DNA of 64,000 bases from Acanthaster planci (Eukaryota): NCBI RefSeq assembly GCF_001949145.1, contig NW_019091357.1, positions 2,152,114 through 2,216,113 on the forward strand, given 5' to 3'. Positions within the stretch are counted from its first letter, which is position 1. Each line of letters begins with the position of its first letter. The notes beneath the pieces were generated by a model, which saw only the letters and a program-made list of their open reading frames with translations, was not told the origin of the DNA and made no database searches. A program made the position numbers and the translations under genes. Below, piece by piece: positions 13,521 to 26,793 of the stretch.

Positions 13521-15147
13521 CTAAAAGGAAACAAAAATTGATCCAAAAAAACCAAAAAAAAGTAAGCAGGTGTTGAAAGCCAACGGCAGAACGAAAATAA
13601 CGAAAGAAATTAAAAAAATATGAGCTCCTGGTCGTAAGTGCCAGTTTGTTCAGGAAAAACAAAACTTGTGCACAGAGCAGTTTATGGCACTTGTGTATGA
13701 CAACAGATATATGAATGGAAAGTTCAATCCGTTTGTAAAAATGCTCTACTGCTCGTGTTGTACAATCCCAATTGCACTTTTTTCCGTTCTACATTCAACA
13801 TGGTTTGCTGAGGCAATCAGAAATGGCTGATCTTTTTGCTATCAAAGTCATACACACGTCTACGTGAATATGTAATAAGAGTTTTGTGAGTTAAATTTGA
13901 AGAATAAAATCTGGTGCCCTGAGTTATCTGATTGCACACAAACATAACAATTTGAATTCCCCACTCTAAAGACACTGTTGTCTGACTCCTAGTTCACGTG
14001 TCTGCAACATGGGTAATTCCAGAAATCAGGGGTCCAAAAGTGTGACATTTTTGTGTCCCTGTTACATCTGACCTTTGTGATTTGACATGGAAATATCAAC
14101 AGAATTGATTTCAAACTATTACCATTTGTTTGGCAGGTAATGAGCATTGATTCACCACTCTTGGAAATTAGAAAATGTGTTCTGAACTTATGAAATCATA
14201 TGTCAGATGTGGACACGAAAAAACATGGACACATGGACACGAAAAAACCCTAATTGCTGGAATTACCCACACAAAAATTAGGAAAACTGGAAGGAATCTT
14301 TGAAAAGCAGATGCACATTTGAATTTGGAACTTGGAAAAAGTCCATATCTGGTTTACTTTCAAATGGTGAAATATATTTATTGTTACGCACACAGTGCGG
14401 GAAATGACACATCCAGGGTACAAGTGCCGGCAAGTAAACGATTTTAAAGGACCCAAGTAAAAATGACATCGAACAAAAACAGCAAGAGGACAGAAGTATG
14501 GATAAAGGCCGAGGACAGGCGAAACATCAGATGGAAATACCTGAAAAGGCATGGCAAGTTACACGCCGAACCCCAAATCAATGAAAAACCTCCAGGGGTA
14601 ATAATTTCAAGCTAAAGGTTAATAACAAGCAAGGGCTGCTAAAGCACATAAACAAGACAAAAAAGCCAGACAATATCAATGATTATATTAATATTTAATG
14701 CTTAATGCAACAGTACCAGGGCAAACAACAGATGTTCAGACAAAAGCACAGTTTACAGTTTGTACACAGTACATGTACTGTACATATTTGACTGGGCCTC
14801 CGGTGTGATCTATGGCAAGGTTTACGATTTGCAATGCATTGCTGGTGACAGGTATTCATCACTGTATACGTACTTGTATGGAAGGGCTTTGTGTCCTGCC
14901 GGGCACAAGTAATTAGGTTTAAATACAAAGAATGCAATGCTGGTTTATTGCATTGATTACGTTTGGGAAGCTACCGGGTACCATACAAGAATGGCTGTCA
15001 GCACAAAGGCCTCTTCGCAAGTGCAACTGTCTCTAAAGCCCTGGCTTGAGTAACAACAAAGCGTACACGGTCTTCTTTCCCTGCGTAACCACGTCAGGAC
15101 TGCGGGCTCTATCATGTTTGATTACGGCAAATTGTCAGGAAACGTAC

Positions 15148-15366
15148 GCCTGATTGACCACGTCTCTGTTTGTCTCGCTCCTGCGTTCCTCCCGTTCCAC
15201 CTTCGGGGGAGGAGGACAGAGGGAATAGGAAGCCTGTTCAGCTTTTGCCATCAGCGATGAGGAATCGGGTCGTGATGGATAATGGGATGCGACGGACCGG
15301 CACAAATTCACCCTTGACTTTTATGTCTTGTTCTTTGGCGTCCTTCATTTTTTAGCGGTGCGATTT
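15148..15366 (-). CDS. PHACTR: Candidate pair of small PHACTR exons (15312-15366 and 15148-15200)
   Basis: 55 nt (phase 1 to 2) plus 53 nt (phase 2 to 1) = 108 nt, frame-preserving only together: EIAPLKNEGRQRTRHKSQG/WNGRNAGARQTETWSIR. Confidence 0.35.
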
Positions 15367-17312
15367 CTGATGCAGTGCAGTGTACGGCCTTGTTTCCCAT
15401 GGCAATGTGCATTTGTTCATGTTGAGCATAAATTTGTAGTAAATACTGGTACATAAAAAATGAATAATTCACATTTAAAATAGAGAAAACATATAAATTG
15501 ACAATTAACAAAAACATTGGAAAGGAACAAAAACAAAAACACCTGATGAAATATGCTTCAAAAATAGTTCAGATATATATTGCATAATTTGCAGCAATGT
15601 TTCACCAAAGCGGAGGTATCAACAAGAGATCAAAACCCTACTCCAAATTCAGGAAGACAACATTCATTTCTAGACTCAGAAATGCAATATCCAAGCCCCT
15701 GGGCTGATGTGCTAATTATTTTATGCTGGCTCAATTTCTCAATTTCACTGAAGTGCATAGTTCTTGCCATTACTTTCCCAGTGTTGGATTTCAGCGGGAC
15801 GAGGGAAGGTTTCCAGTCTGAAAATGGCCCTGGATAGTTTGACATGTACCTCCACTGTTTCAACCCCAGCTAAAATATCCCCCTTTCAAACGGGGCTGGC
15901 AGACTTGAACTAGGACAAACAAATCCTCTAGCACATGCACTCAGATTGACTCTTTCCTTCCCGACACTGTACATGTACTTTCAGAAACAGATGACAGGTG
16001 CCTGTAATACTAAAATGCCTGCATCACAATACCCCCACCTCTTTCACCTCTGAGTGTCTACTAACAGTAGGAATGTAGCGCACTGCGCGATGCACGGGTG
16101 AGTGTTTCTCTACGATCTATGGCCTCTCCGATTAATATCAAACCGTGCGCATGTGGCAGAGGCATCATTTCTTTACGCTCCCATCTTGCATGTACTTTGA
16201 GGTGTTTCCCTCCGTCAGTTGCCGCTCGCTTCTTGCGGTGGGCTCACCAGCCGCATGGTGTTAGCTTATCATCACACGCGAGGGAGCGCACAGATGGTGT
16301 GGGTATCGCTTACGCTCCGACATATAGCAAATGTTTTTCAACATGAACTTTGGCAGCAGAGTGCCTACGATTTCCTTTTATCTTCCACGCTCTTCAACAT
16401 TGAGCATGATTTCCAAGAAAAGACCTCTCGTTATTAACAACCATTTGTCAACTGTACTATTAACAGTACAATGAGGAAACTTCTTATGTGCAAGTCAAGA
16501 CTTATGCCAATGTAGCTTAGACCCCCCAAAAAGTGAAGTGGTCTGTTGTAATCGCTTTTAATACCGAACATCCTATCGTTTTGGAATATCCTGTTTGGAC
16601 TATACTGAGAGAACTTCTGAGAATTCCAGGCACCTGTTTTTATCCATCTGTGTTTGACGGTGAGTGGGTGATGAGTAGGGATGTGCATAAACAGGGAGGT
16701 GTTATACATACATGTACATGTAGATGAAATTTAAGGTCACGTCATGATGACGTTATCACGGGCCACGTGACGTCATCTTCAAAGGTGCACATTTAAAGGT
16801 CCTGTAACTAGAAAACCGTGGGTCCAATTGGGTTCATTCTTGATAAGCCGGCAGACCGTGATGTTTTACGGATGAAACTGACCAGTGACGACATCACGAC
16901 GACATCATCCTGTGAATGTTTGTAGAATTTTACGCTGTCTTGCAAATCCCAGAGTCTTCTACACACTTTTACTCTACGTGTCTCACAGCACAAGCGGGTG
17001 TGTACTTGTGCCCTTTTCTCAGTAGGTAAAAATGCAGAAAAGCCCTGTTTTCTGCCGCTCACGTTTTCTATCATGTTGCTGAGGGCGAGTATTGATGCGT
17101 AGAAGGAAGTCCATAAAATCCCACACTCGGAGCTTATCTCCCCCATGTTACACCCGAGGCCAGACCTCTTCTACTTGTCTACAGTGCACCTGGGCACATA
17201 TTCATCACATGGATGGAGAGAGGAGGGAGAGAGAGAGAGGGCGATTCGGAGAGGGGAGGGGGTGGGAGGGGGGGTGGACAGCAACCTTGCCACCAGGGGA
17301 CAATCTGCTTAC

Positions 17313-17342
17313 CTGGAGCAGCTGGCGTGGAAACCTCTTGTG
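17313..17342 (-). CDS. PHACTR: Candidate PHACTR 30-nt microexon QEVSTPAAP
   Basis: cctctttccccag|30 nt|gtaagc, phase 1 to 1, open frame. Confidence 0.55.
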
Positions 17343-18176
17343 CTGGGGAAAGAGGCTGATTGGAGGAATCAGGGACCTCGTTCCCATAAGCTGAAAGTGA
17401 ACCCCCAAAATACTATGTTATGCAAAATATCACCAAATCACACGCGAACCTATACCCACTGCGTTGCTTACATAATAACTTCACAACAAACACATTATAA
17501 ATTTATCTCAGGGTTTCACAATTAACCCTCCTTTGGTTTTACAGCACAAATGTGCACAAATGCCCACAGTCACTGGTGAGCATGTAGTTTCTATATGGAA
17601 CTCAAACATGCACAGGTTCAGTGTGTACACAGTTGATGGCCAGCACAAAATGACCCAGGGTCTTTTGTGCAGTCCTCTTCACTGCATTTGGTTTACTGCA
17701 CAATTATGCACATGAAACAGTGAAGCACAGTTGTTAGGCAGCACAAAAGTGCAATCTGATATTCCTGTGAGGGACAGTTGGTGCAGTGCACAACATGACA
17801 CAGCTGTGCTTCTTTGAGGTGTTCACCAAATGACCCACAGAGTGACTTCAGCATAGGAGGGTTAATGTACATATACACAAGATCACCATCAGCAATGCAA
17901 GGTCAGCGCGATATCCTCCGATATATACACTTACTCATTTATATTTCACAGCAAAGAAAGCTCATTATAAAACATCGTGCTCAGGGACACCAGAATCGTA
18001 ACGCCTTATTTTAACCCTACAGAGTGACTCACTGTCTCTTTTGCAAGTTGGGTATTTTCCCACTCCCCTAAAGTACTGAGCCATTTTTTTTCATCTCTAT
18101 CCATGCACAGCTTTCCTCTAGTTTGCGCACTGGCACTGGCCACTTCCGAGGTTTTCTTCGCTTCTGTGTCTCTTAC

Positions 18177-18353
18177 CTTGAATGGGCTCCTTGCCCACAT
18201 CGGCCTTCTTCTTCCTCTTCCACTTCCAGGGCTTGAAGAAGCGGGGTATTGTGGACTTTTTGGTCTTGCGCTCCACGGGGGGTGTCATGGTCCCCTTGAC
18301 TTCTGGGGTGGCATTGTCGGACGAGTAGGAGACCTGGATGTCGTCCGTCGAAC
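18177..18353 (-). CDS. PHACTR: PHACTR N-terminal exon with TPPVERK...FFKPWKWKRKKK
   Basis: 177 nt, phase 1 to 1, ccag|...|gtaaga; FKPWKWxKKK is the conserved PHACTR N-terminal basic motif. Confidence 0.93.
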
Positions 18354-18437
18354 CTGGCGGCGAGACGAAAACGGGAGAGAGACAGAGATCAGAGATGCTG
18401 CCTTCGTTCTTTTGTTTTCTTTTTTCAACAGGACGTC

Positions 18438-18480
18438 CCAATATATAGCCCAATCATGGGCCGCTGGTTGCCATGGCAAT
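18438..18480 (-). promoter_or_regulatory. RFX X-box plus two CCAAT boxes, candidate internal PHACTR promoter
   Basis: GTTGCCATGGCAAT 18467-18480; CCAAT at 18438-18442 and 18450-18454; 85-127 nt upstream of exon 18353. Confidence 0.5.
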
Positions 18481-20955
18481 GGTGAGGTGGTAACGAGAAG
18501 AGTAAGCGGTGGAACGAGCGATAAATTTCATTATGTGCTAATGCACCGACTTTACTGACGTGATTACAGGCTCGGTGACGTTGGACAGGACTTCACGAAT
18601 ATGTACATGTATTGGCCTTGTGAAAAAAAAAATACACTCTATGCAATGGCCTAATGAGTATTTACAAATATTGAAATTTACAAAGTAGGAAATATATCTA
18701 CCGGTACCCCGGAAGATACCTCTTGAATATCTGACCACAAATACTAATAGGAGAAATACCCTCAAGATCTTGACGTTAGCAGCTATTATGGCGATATTGT
18801 ATTAGCATTCAAGCACACCATTAGTAAAGATATAGGTACATGTACATAGAGGTAGTGTTTGGTTTGTAAACACAGTGAGTAGAAACTACAATTGAAAGAG
18901 TAGCACAGCTTCAGTTAAGAAAACAGACAACAGGTACTGCACATGTACATCAGCTTGAATATTCGCATTGCAGAGTGGGCACAATTGTACATGGACATGT
19001 ACCTTAAGCAAGCAGTCTATGTGCGCAGCTCGAGATCTGTACACACACTGATGGCTGTGTACCAACCTTAGGGCTACGGCTAGCAACAAAACAGGCTCCT
19101 ATGGGAAGCCTCATGGCTAGCGGCAGTGGCTACTTCCCGTAGACCTGTGCGCTATACACCTAGCCGTAAGCCAGTTGATTCGGACACGGCCCACCAGTGC
19201 GTAATTGAGAAGCAAAGGAAGGAGAACTGTATTGAAAGCTTCTGGCCCGGTGCGCAACCCTGGAAGGTTTTTTTTTAGCAAGTGATCAACCTCTACCTAA
19301 TTGCCTACCGGTACTGTTTGTGCAGGCGGCCAAAGTTTGCTGGAACATCACCCTTGGTTGGTTGCAGATATTACCCGGGCGGGGCACTTCGCTCTCGAAG
19401 GGGCGAACATACATGTACATGTATGTTCAAGTATATAGCATGAGAAAGACCTATTGATAACATGGGGACTTACATGTACACATGTACATGTACACCACAT
19501 GGTGAAACCCAGCTGCCCTTTCTGGCGTACTCCAGGTAAGGATAGACAGATGTTAATAAAGCATGTTACGTGGTAAGAGGTCAGGATTCTAATCTCAGGG
19601 CAGCTGAAGAGAAAACACTGACTTCCATGTAAGGCAGTACAATATGCCTTGTTCTTTAACTTTTCAGGACATCAAACAATGCTCTATTTTATTAAGTCCT
19701 GTCTGACCATGCCAACACATCTGCCTACATATACATGTACATACATGTACATGTAAGTAAGTTAGGGCACATGTACTGGTACATGCACTACATTTATATG
19801 CTTTTTACAAGAAAAAAACTTTATGCACTAACCTACCCCGAAGCACTCCTGGCCTCGTAGCCTTTGTTTTGGCTACCGTACATGTACTGGCCTCGCCTGT
19901 ACATTTATGGATTACATTTGAGCCCCGAGCTAACTCAGTAATGCCAAACTGCACTAATTTCTGGGTCGAACATCTAATGTCCGATTTTGCCAATGGCAAA
20001 AACAGGCAACGAGAAATGGCAACATTACTGAAGGATGACTAATCCCGAGTAGTGGGAGAATGGTATCAAGGGGACCCGATTATCCAGGGCCCACTCCAAG
20101 TGGAATGACAGCTAAGTGAATTTCAAGCTGTTTTTATGTGCAATCGGAGCGTGGTTCTTTCGCGATGTCTGCACATGTACATGTATGGGCATGCACAATA
20201 AACTGGGTCGGCTACAGTTTCAAAACAACTCGAAACTACAAGTACTTCTGAATGTGTATCGCATTTTCGAGCAATTTTTGTTGGAGTGCTGATTATTTGT
20301 GATACATGTGCACTCCGTCAAGGACATGTAAGAGGAAAGCAGCGGATATGAGATGTCCAAGCTTCCTCCTTTCAAAAGTGTGGTTTTTGACTAATTTGAC
20401 CCCCCCATCCACAGTTTATCTAAATTCCCCGAAGCCGAAGGTTTCTTCCTACTGGTAGTTACATGTAGCTTGAAAGCGAATGCATACATGGAGATAGCTC
20501 ACCAAAATCATACTCTGAAACATTTGGCAAAATTAAAATACATGTACCCTCAGCTTTTGCATAACCAGAATGGAACTGGTTTTCACAAAATACCGGTAAC
20601 ACTAGTTTGGATCTGGCTGAAATTTATTCTTAGCAGTACACTTTAGCCTTGTTAAGTTCTCAATGGTACAACTCGTCCTTTGTAACAACTGCTTCAATTT
20701 GCAAACTGACGACGACGCGTGTACACCTCACATTAAATTACCATCAGCAATGATTCCACACATGCTCAAATGCACGCCACTTTTTTTTCCGCCTTTTGAT
20801 CACCGAGGGGCTGGCGGTGTCTGAACAAGCCACGAGAATTCCAAAGGTTGCCAGGACTGAGAATTAATTATCTTCGGGTATCGTATCTCGGGCATTTCCA
20901 GCCGAGGCGGGATCCAACCGGTAATTACGTACGTACATGTACGTGACTACCTTAC

Positions 20956-21031
20956 TACGTGCACCAGCCCCTGTGATGCGATGCGGGACCTCGCTGATTG
21001 AGTGTGACTTGAACCCGGGATTGACCGGCAT
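20956..21031 (-). CDS. PHACTR: Candidate alternative first coding exon of PHACTR, MPVNPGFKSHSISEVPHRITGAGAR
   Basis: agcATG start, 25 codons + 1 nt, donor gtaagg in phase 1 compatible with exon 18353; locally CpG-rich. Confidence 0.5.
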
Positions 21032-24000
21032 GCTTATAATCCCAAAAACCCTTCCATTCAAAGCATTAGTGTCAATCAAAGCAGAGATACATGAAGTGCA
21101 GAAGTGTGGGGGAAAGAACTGGGATTTGCGTTCAACAAATCCAATTTTCCAATCAATGGAATCTGTCAAATTTAAGGGGAAGGAGCTACATGTACAGTAT
21201 GAGAAACATATGACCAACATATTAACCCATGACAATGTACATGTGGGCTGTCGGTGCATGTGTTGAACACCAAACCTTTTGGCCCAGTTTCTCAAATACA
21301 TGTACAATGTACATGCCTCTACAGCCATAAACAAGTAACTTTAGAGAGGAAAAGACAAATTGAACCTGTCTCGGCATGTACATGTATGACGTACTGGTAC
21401 ATGTACCGATATACGCTGAGGTCTCTTGCATTGTACACAGCTGTTTATGATCAATGGATTCACTCGAACAGAATAAGCCATGCGTATACAGTGAGCACTT
21501 GTGTACGGATCCACGCATTTTTTGTTCTATAGTGGTAGTTAACACTCTATGGGGCCTACAGCATTTCCAAATGTGTAGCCTTGTAGAGACATGGCGTTGT
21601 TCTCCAGTACTTAACATGGTCGCGTGTGAAACAATGTTTTCAAAATGCTCCCATTTCAACATGAATCACTCTCCTGGGCTGGAATTTTGACCGAATGTCC
21701 CGCATATGAAACACTTCAATTTGCGACGGATTCTTACACATTAAAAATTTCTCCTTTTTCAGCGATTTCCAAATATCAGTTCCGTGAAATCCTTGTGGAG
21801 ACCTGTACACCATTTAGAAATTCCTTGCGGAGTCCTATTCAACCCATTCTCCAAAACAATCAATCCCAGTAATGCATTCACAGTAACATACACTCCAAAA
21901 GATGTAATCTCCACACAGCCTATCACTATCCCACACTACAAACATGCCCCTGAATTATCAGCAAAACAAGTGACAAGGGATAACAAACAGTGATGTGCCA
22001 TGCAGTGATATGACAATCGGTCCCAATACTGTCAATAGTAGCAGTGTCCACTGTAGTGTAGGCAATGCACTGTACCAGTACCATGCGCAATCTGAATGAA
22101 CAAAGACGTACACTCAGGCCTTCCCCTGTCACCAAAGGAAGACTGTATTGTTGAATGAAGGCATTTTACCAAACTCACAATGTACGTCCTTCTAAACTAC
22201 CAAAGTACATTTTGTAAAACTCATGCGCTGTACATATATGCACATGTACTAGCAGTTTTAATATTAAGAAAAAAAAATTTTAATCGTTTCTAAACTGCAC
22301 TTCTTTGCCTGCTACCTACATGTACATTGTACTTTGTATCCGTGTTTTCCTCGATATCGAAGAACAGTGGCAATTGGGCCTACATAATGTAAATGTACAG
22401 AGCGATAGCATGTGGTGCATGTCATACTCATGTACACGGAAGTAGACAGCCATTTGTCTTTTACAGGTACCTGAGGGGAATTTTCTTTCATTTACAAGCA
22501 GTTCACTACTGGTGTATAGATACATACAGCAAGGCTTCCCGCATTGCCAATATTCATATACAGGCCCACTCGCTGTGTTTATTGAAATGATTCCCCATCA
22601 ACTGAAAAAGTGGAATTTCAGAACAGGAACACGTCCCAGGGTAATCTTACGATTGAGGTCTCTTCAATCGCTGTGGAACAGGAAGCCTCCGGGATACAGT
22701 TCCATTACGTAGTCAACAAGATTTCTTGGCTTTGATTAAAGCCTTGGAACATGGCATATTGACAAACAGGTACCGGTTCGTGCACAATAATCTCATTGAC
22801 GGCAGTACGCATCCAGCAATGACGCCAGTAAATTTTGTAGCCGATGTAAGGGGACTCTCCCAGTGACATTAATGCAGACATCAAGCATGTAACATAAACC
22901 TGCATGTACGTGTAAAAAAGCAAGGCAGAGTGTACATCTGTACTAGTACAGCGCGCGCACGAACAGACTGTCAATACAAGCGTGGCACTGTTGTACATGT
23001 AAGTGCAGGGAATGTACATGTACAGATACATGCACCTGTAGTTGTCCATTTGTGCATGATTGGGCCAGCTTTCGTTGCTCCTTCCTCCTGCAACTTTCTG
23101 TCTTTTTCAAGCAGAACCTTACTCCTACGGCAGGGAGAAACACAGTAACTTCTGAGCTGCAGTCTGCCCAGAATTCAGTGACTTTTCCCGCCCGAATGCG
23201 ATATTTATCCCGACAAATTAGTGGCCTGAAGGGAGTACTGTGTAACACAAGACGATGCACAGACAACATGTACATGTACAGGTACATGTACAGGCACATG
23301 TACATACATGTACATGTACATTGTAAATGGAACCATATGAATACATGTACACGTGCATTCAATCAGCAGGAGAACTGGGAGACAGTGTGGCAAGAATGTC
23401 ATGCCAAACATGCTCAACATGAATAAAATGTATAAAGCCACACAACCGTGAAACATTCCAAATGAACCTCACATGACACTGCATGGCAGTGCTCCATGGC
23501 TTAACTGTTGTTACTTAAACCGTGGAGAGAGACCTCCATGCATACATGTACATGTAGGTGCATCATGTGGTGACTGGCATGCAAATGGTGCTATCATACC
23601 CAGTAGCAACCAGGGGAATCTACAGCCTGGGCAGGGAGGACAACCTGCCACCAATCAATCAATTAGCGATGGTGCAACAGGTGTTGGGACATGACCCCAT
23701 CACTAGGTCACCTGCTTGGGTGTTGTTGTGAGAGGCCATCCATAGGCCAGCACTTCACATTCCTGGCCCATGACAACCTTCTTTTTATGGGAGATCTGCA
23801 CCTAGCCCACATTTCTCTGTTTGCATATTGAAAAGTTCTCCTCAGTGATTTCATTTAAAAAAAAAAAATCTGGGGTATTACACATTCTTTTATGGAGACC
23901 CGCAACAACATATCCCCACTGTGAGCAAAATCCATTGTACATGTGTTCCTGGTACTTAGAACAGATTTCAGACAGTGTAAACTTATTCAATTACAGTGGC

Positions 24001-24314
24001 TTGAAAAATGACTTTTTTTGTATATATAACAAACATTAAGTAAGCTGGGGTTTGCTTGAATTATTTTTTAATACTCACAGACAGTTGGTACCGTAAGTAC
24101 ATACACAAGTACATGTATGTATGGCTATTATTTTCAGATGCCCAGGCAACCTATTGATTTCCAATTACCAAAGGTGCCAACTACATGTATTTCTGACAAG
24201 CAGGTCCGATTGGGAAGGATTCGAGGAAACAGTCTGCTAAAGGCAGCCTCCACTTGGTCAAAACACGGCGTCGTGCGCTGGGAGTGCAAGTAACAACGGA
24301 ATATTCAACAAGGC

Positions 24315-24741
24315 ACTGATTTACTGTATTGGCCGGTGCAGCCTAATAGCACAACCAGCAGAGGGCGCTGTATTCACAAGAGACGACCTGCCAGAAAACC
24401 AGTCTCAAGTGTAGAATCTGGTCGGCTTACCTGAAAAGTTCTGAGCACGCCTCATGCGCTCAAGTTCACGAATAATAATGCACGTACACACTGCCAAAGA
24501 TCGTGCCCCATGCAGACTGTGGTCTTGGCAGTGTGAATGCACACCTATTCACGGTAATCTGAGGTACGTGTACAAGTATGTACATGTACATTTTTCGGGC
24601 AAGCCTGCCAGATTCTTCAAGACTGGTTTTCTAGCAGGTCGTTTCTTGTGAATATAGCGCCCTCTACTGGTGGTGCTTTTCGGCTGTGCTCTCCAGTTCA
24701 TGTCGCCTGCACGGTGCACCGGCCAAAACAGTAAAACCAGT
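24315..24741. mobile_element. Foldback/MITE-like element with long imperfect inverted arms
   Basis: 24315-24437 is the degenerate reverse complement of ~24590-24741 (e.g. GAGGGCGCTGTATTCACAAGAGACGACCTGC / GCAGGTCGTTTCTTGTGAATATAGCGCCCTC). Confidence 0.8.
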
Positions 24742-26613
24742 CTTTGGGGCAACACTAACCAACCCAAAGCACTGAGGAGCCACGATTTAACGTTACCTCA
24801 ATCCACCTGCACTGACACTCTCTGACATACTTAATTAACTCCAAACCAACAATTACATGTACTTCATAATAAAAACCAGCTTTCTCATAATAACCAAAGG
24901 ATCTGATTACAAGTACCCTACACTTTCCAGCGTACGCCCGTGACAGGGCAAGCCGCCTCTGTGGTGCACAACTCTACAGAACCTGCACCATGATAAGTCT
25001 ACGCCATGACACAGAATACACACAAACAGGGGGTAACCCACGGCAGTTACTGTGACATGTAACATGCTTGCCTGAATTCCTCATTGCTTTTATTCCGTAT
25101 ACAATGTACATGTACATACTGTTACATGTAGGCAGATCTAATGCAAGCAGTACATTCATACTGTTCAGCGTATGTAGGTACAATGTACATGTATGAGCAC
25201 GTATGAGTCATCTGGGGTATTCCAAAAAAGGCATGGGTGAGATCATTTCTAATTCATTGTTCCAGTCTCATACAGGACAGATGGCAAAGCGACCTAATGT
25301 ACACGTCCAAAGTCAAACTGGCAGGAGCAGTTTACGCTGTGCAGTACATGTACATTATGCACACCTACATGTACATGTACACTACCGGTACATGTAGGTG
25401 TAGTCTTGTTTTCTTTGGGGAGAGGGGATGGGCTGGCATCAGTTACATGATACCTGAAGATTTACTGTGGCTGGAGTAACCCGAGCATTTCTGGGAATTC
25501 TACTGAATCATCCTTGAAAAATAATTACATGCACGGGTATGTATGTTCAGGAACACGTACACAAGTGCAGTGTACGGCACACACGTACACATGTACATGT
25601 TGAACAAGATAAGAAGAGCACAGCTAAGACAAGGACAATTTTAGGTCCCAAGTCTTTGTCTTCCATTACACGTACTGAAGATTTATATAAGATAACTATT
25701 ATAACAAGGTTATTTGTAAAGTCCCAAGGCTCTTGCTATAACCGTGGTCCACTGTACACTGTGCGTGTACCGGGTAAGTACCGTAAGTCAAGTGCAATGC
25801 AAAAGAAAACAGGAAATCTTCTCTTCTGTTTTCCTTTAAAGAGACTTAGATACCGTACGTGGACGACTTTGGCAAAACAGAACAAGCTCTGTTATCAGCC
25901 GATCTCAATCAACCAGTGCCAGGAACATGGGTGCATAATTTTACCCACAATCTCCCCGCGGCTTTTCCACACACACATGCACACGCTCGCACTCTTCCCG
26001 CTATAAAAATCGGTGCAGTATGCTTGGGTTTCTCATGCCCCGTCTCCCGGCCGCTGGGCTTGACACGGCCTGCATTTTCTTTAAGAAGCCGGGGCAGGAT
26101 GTATACACACAGGCACAAGAGGAGGTCAATGACAAGCAGGGAGGAAGAATGAAGGATGGAGCAGCCACCAGATGGAAAGATAGCCAAGAACGAAATCAGC
26201 AGGACAAATGTACAGTAGCAAATAGACAGTTGCACGTTGGACACATGTACACTTCTGTGCAGCTTAAGGCAACTAGGGGAAGAAATATCTGTTATTTCAG
26301 TGGGCGGAAGAAAACAATGAGGGACCAACGGGGGTATTTCCCGCTGAAATGTTTTGACCATGCTGTCGCTCACCCCCAAACTTTTTGGGCCATCCCTCTT
26401 TAAGGAGTGTTCTGGTCTTCCTGATTCGGTACGCACGCTTTCTGTGCATGATAGCTGGCTGACAAGCCCGGGCACTTTAGGAATGAATTCAACCCGTCAA
26501 CAAAAGAAAGCTTCAGAACAAATCAACGCTTGACATCAATCGAGGAACTTTGCTTTTGCAGTCATGTGAAATTATGAGCAAAGTGCACATTTCCAATGAA
26601 CAATACGTGTGCA

Positions 26614-26793
26614 TACAGTCAAGTCTCCATCAGAAGAGCACTGTTGAAACAAGGTTCCTGTTATTACGAGAAAAAGTTCAGGTCTCAAGTCTTTGTTCTG
26701 CAGTGCTTTCCACTCCTGATAATACAAGGTTCCTGTTAAAACAGGGTAGTTTGTAAAGTCCCAAGGACCTCTTATTAACGAGGTTTGACTGTA
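26614..26793. mobile_element. Tc1/mariner (pogo/Tigger-like) MITE
   Basis: TA-CAGTCAA ... TTGACTG-TA, internal repeat ACAAGGTTCCTGTTA twice; related partial copy at ~25630-25756 sharing TTTGTAAAGTCCCAAGG. Confidence 0.75.

Noticed and set aside
18103..18558. 151-aa plus-strand ORF with hydrophobic start
   Set aside because: Antisense shadow of the PHACTR FKPWKW exon.
22705..23456. ORFs rich in MYMY / HVHV / CTCT
   Set aside because: Translations of stop-free (TACATG)n arrays, not proteins; the same applies near 41186 and 42368.
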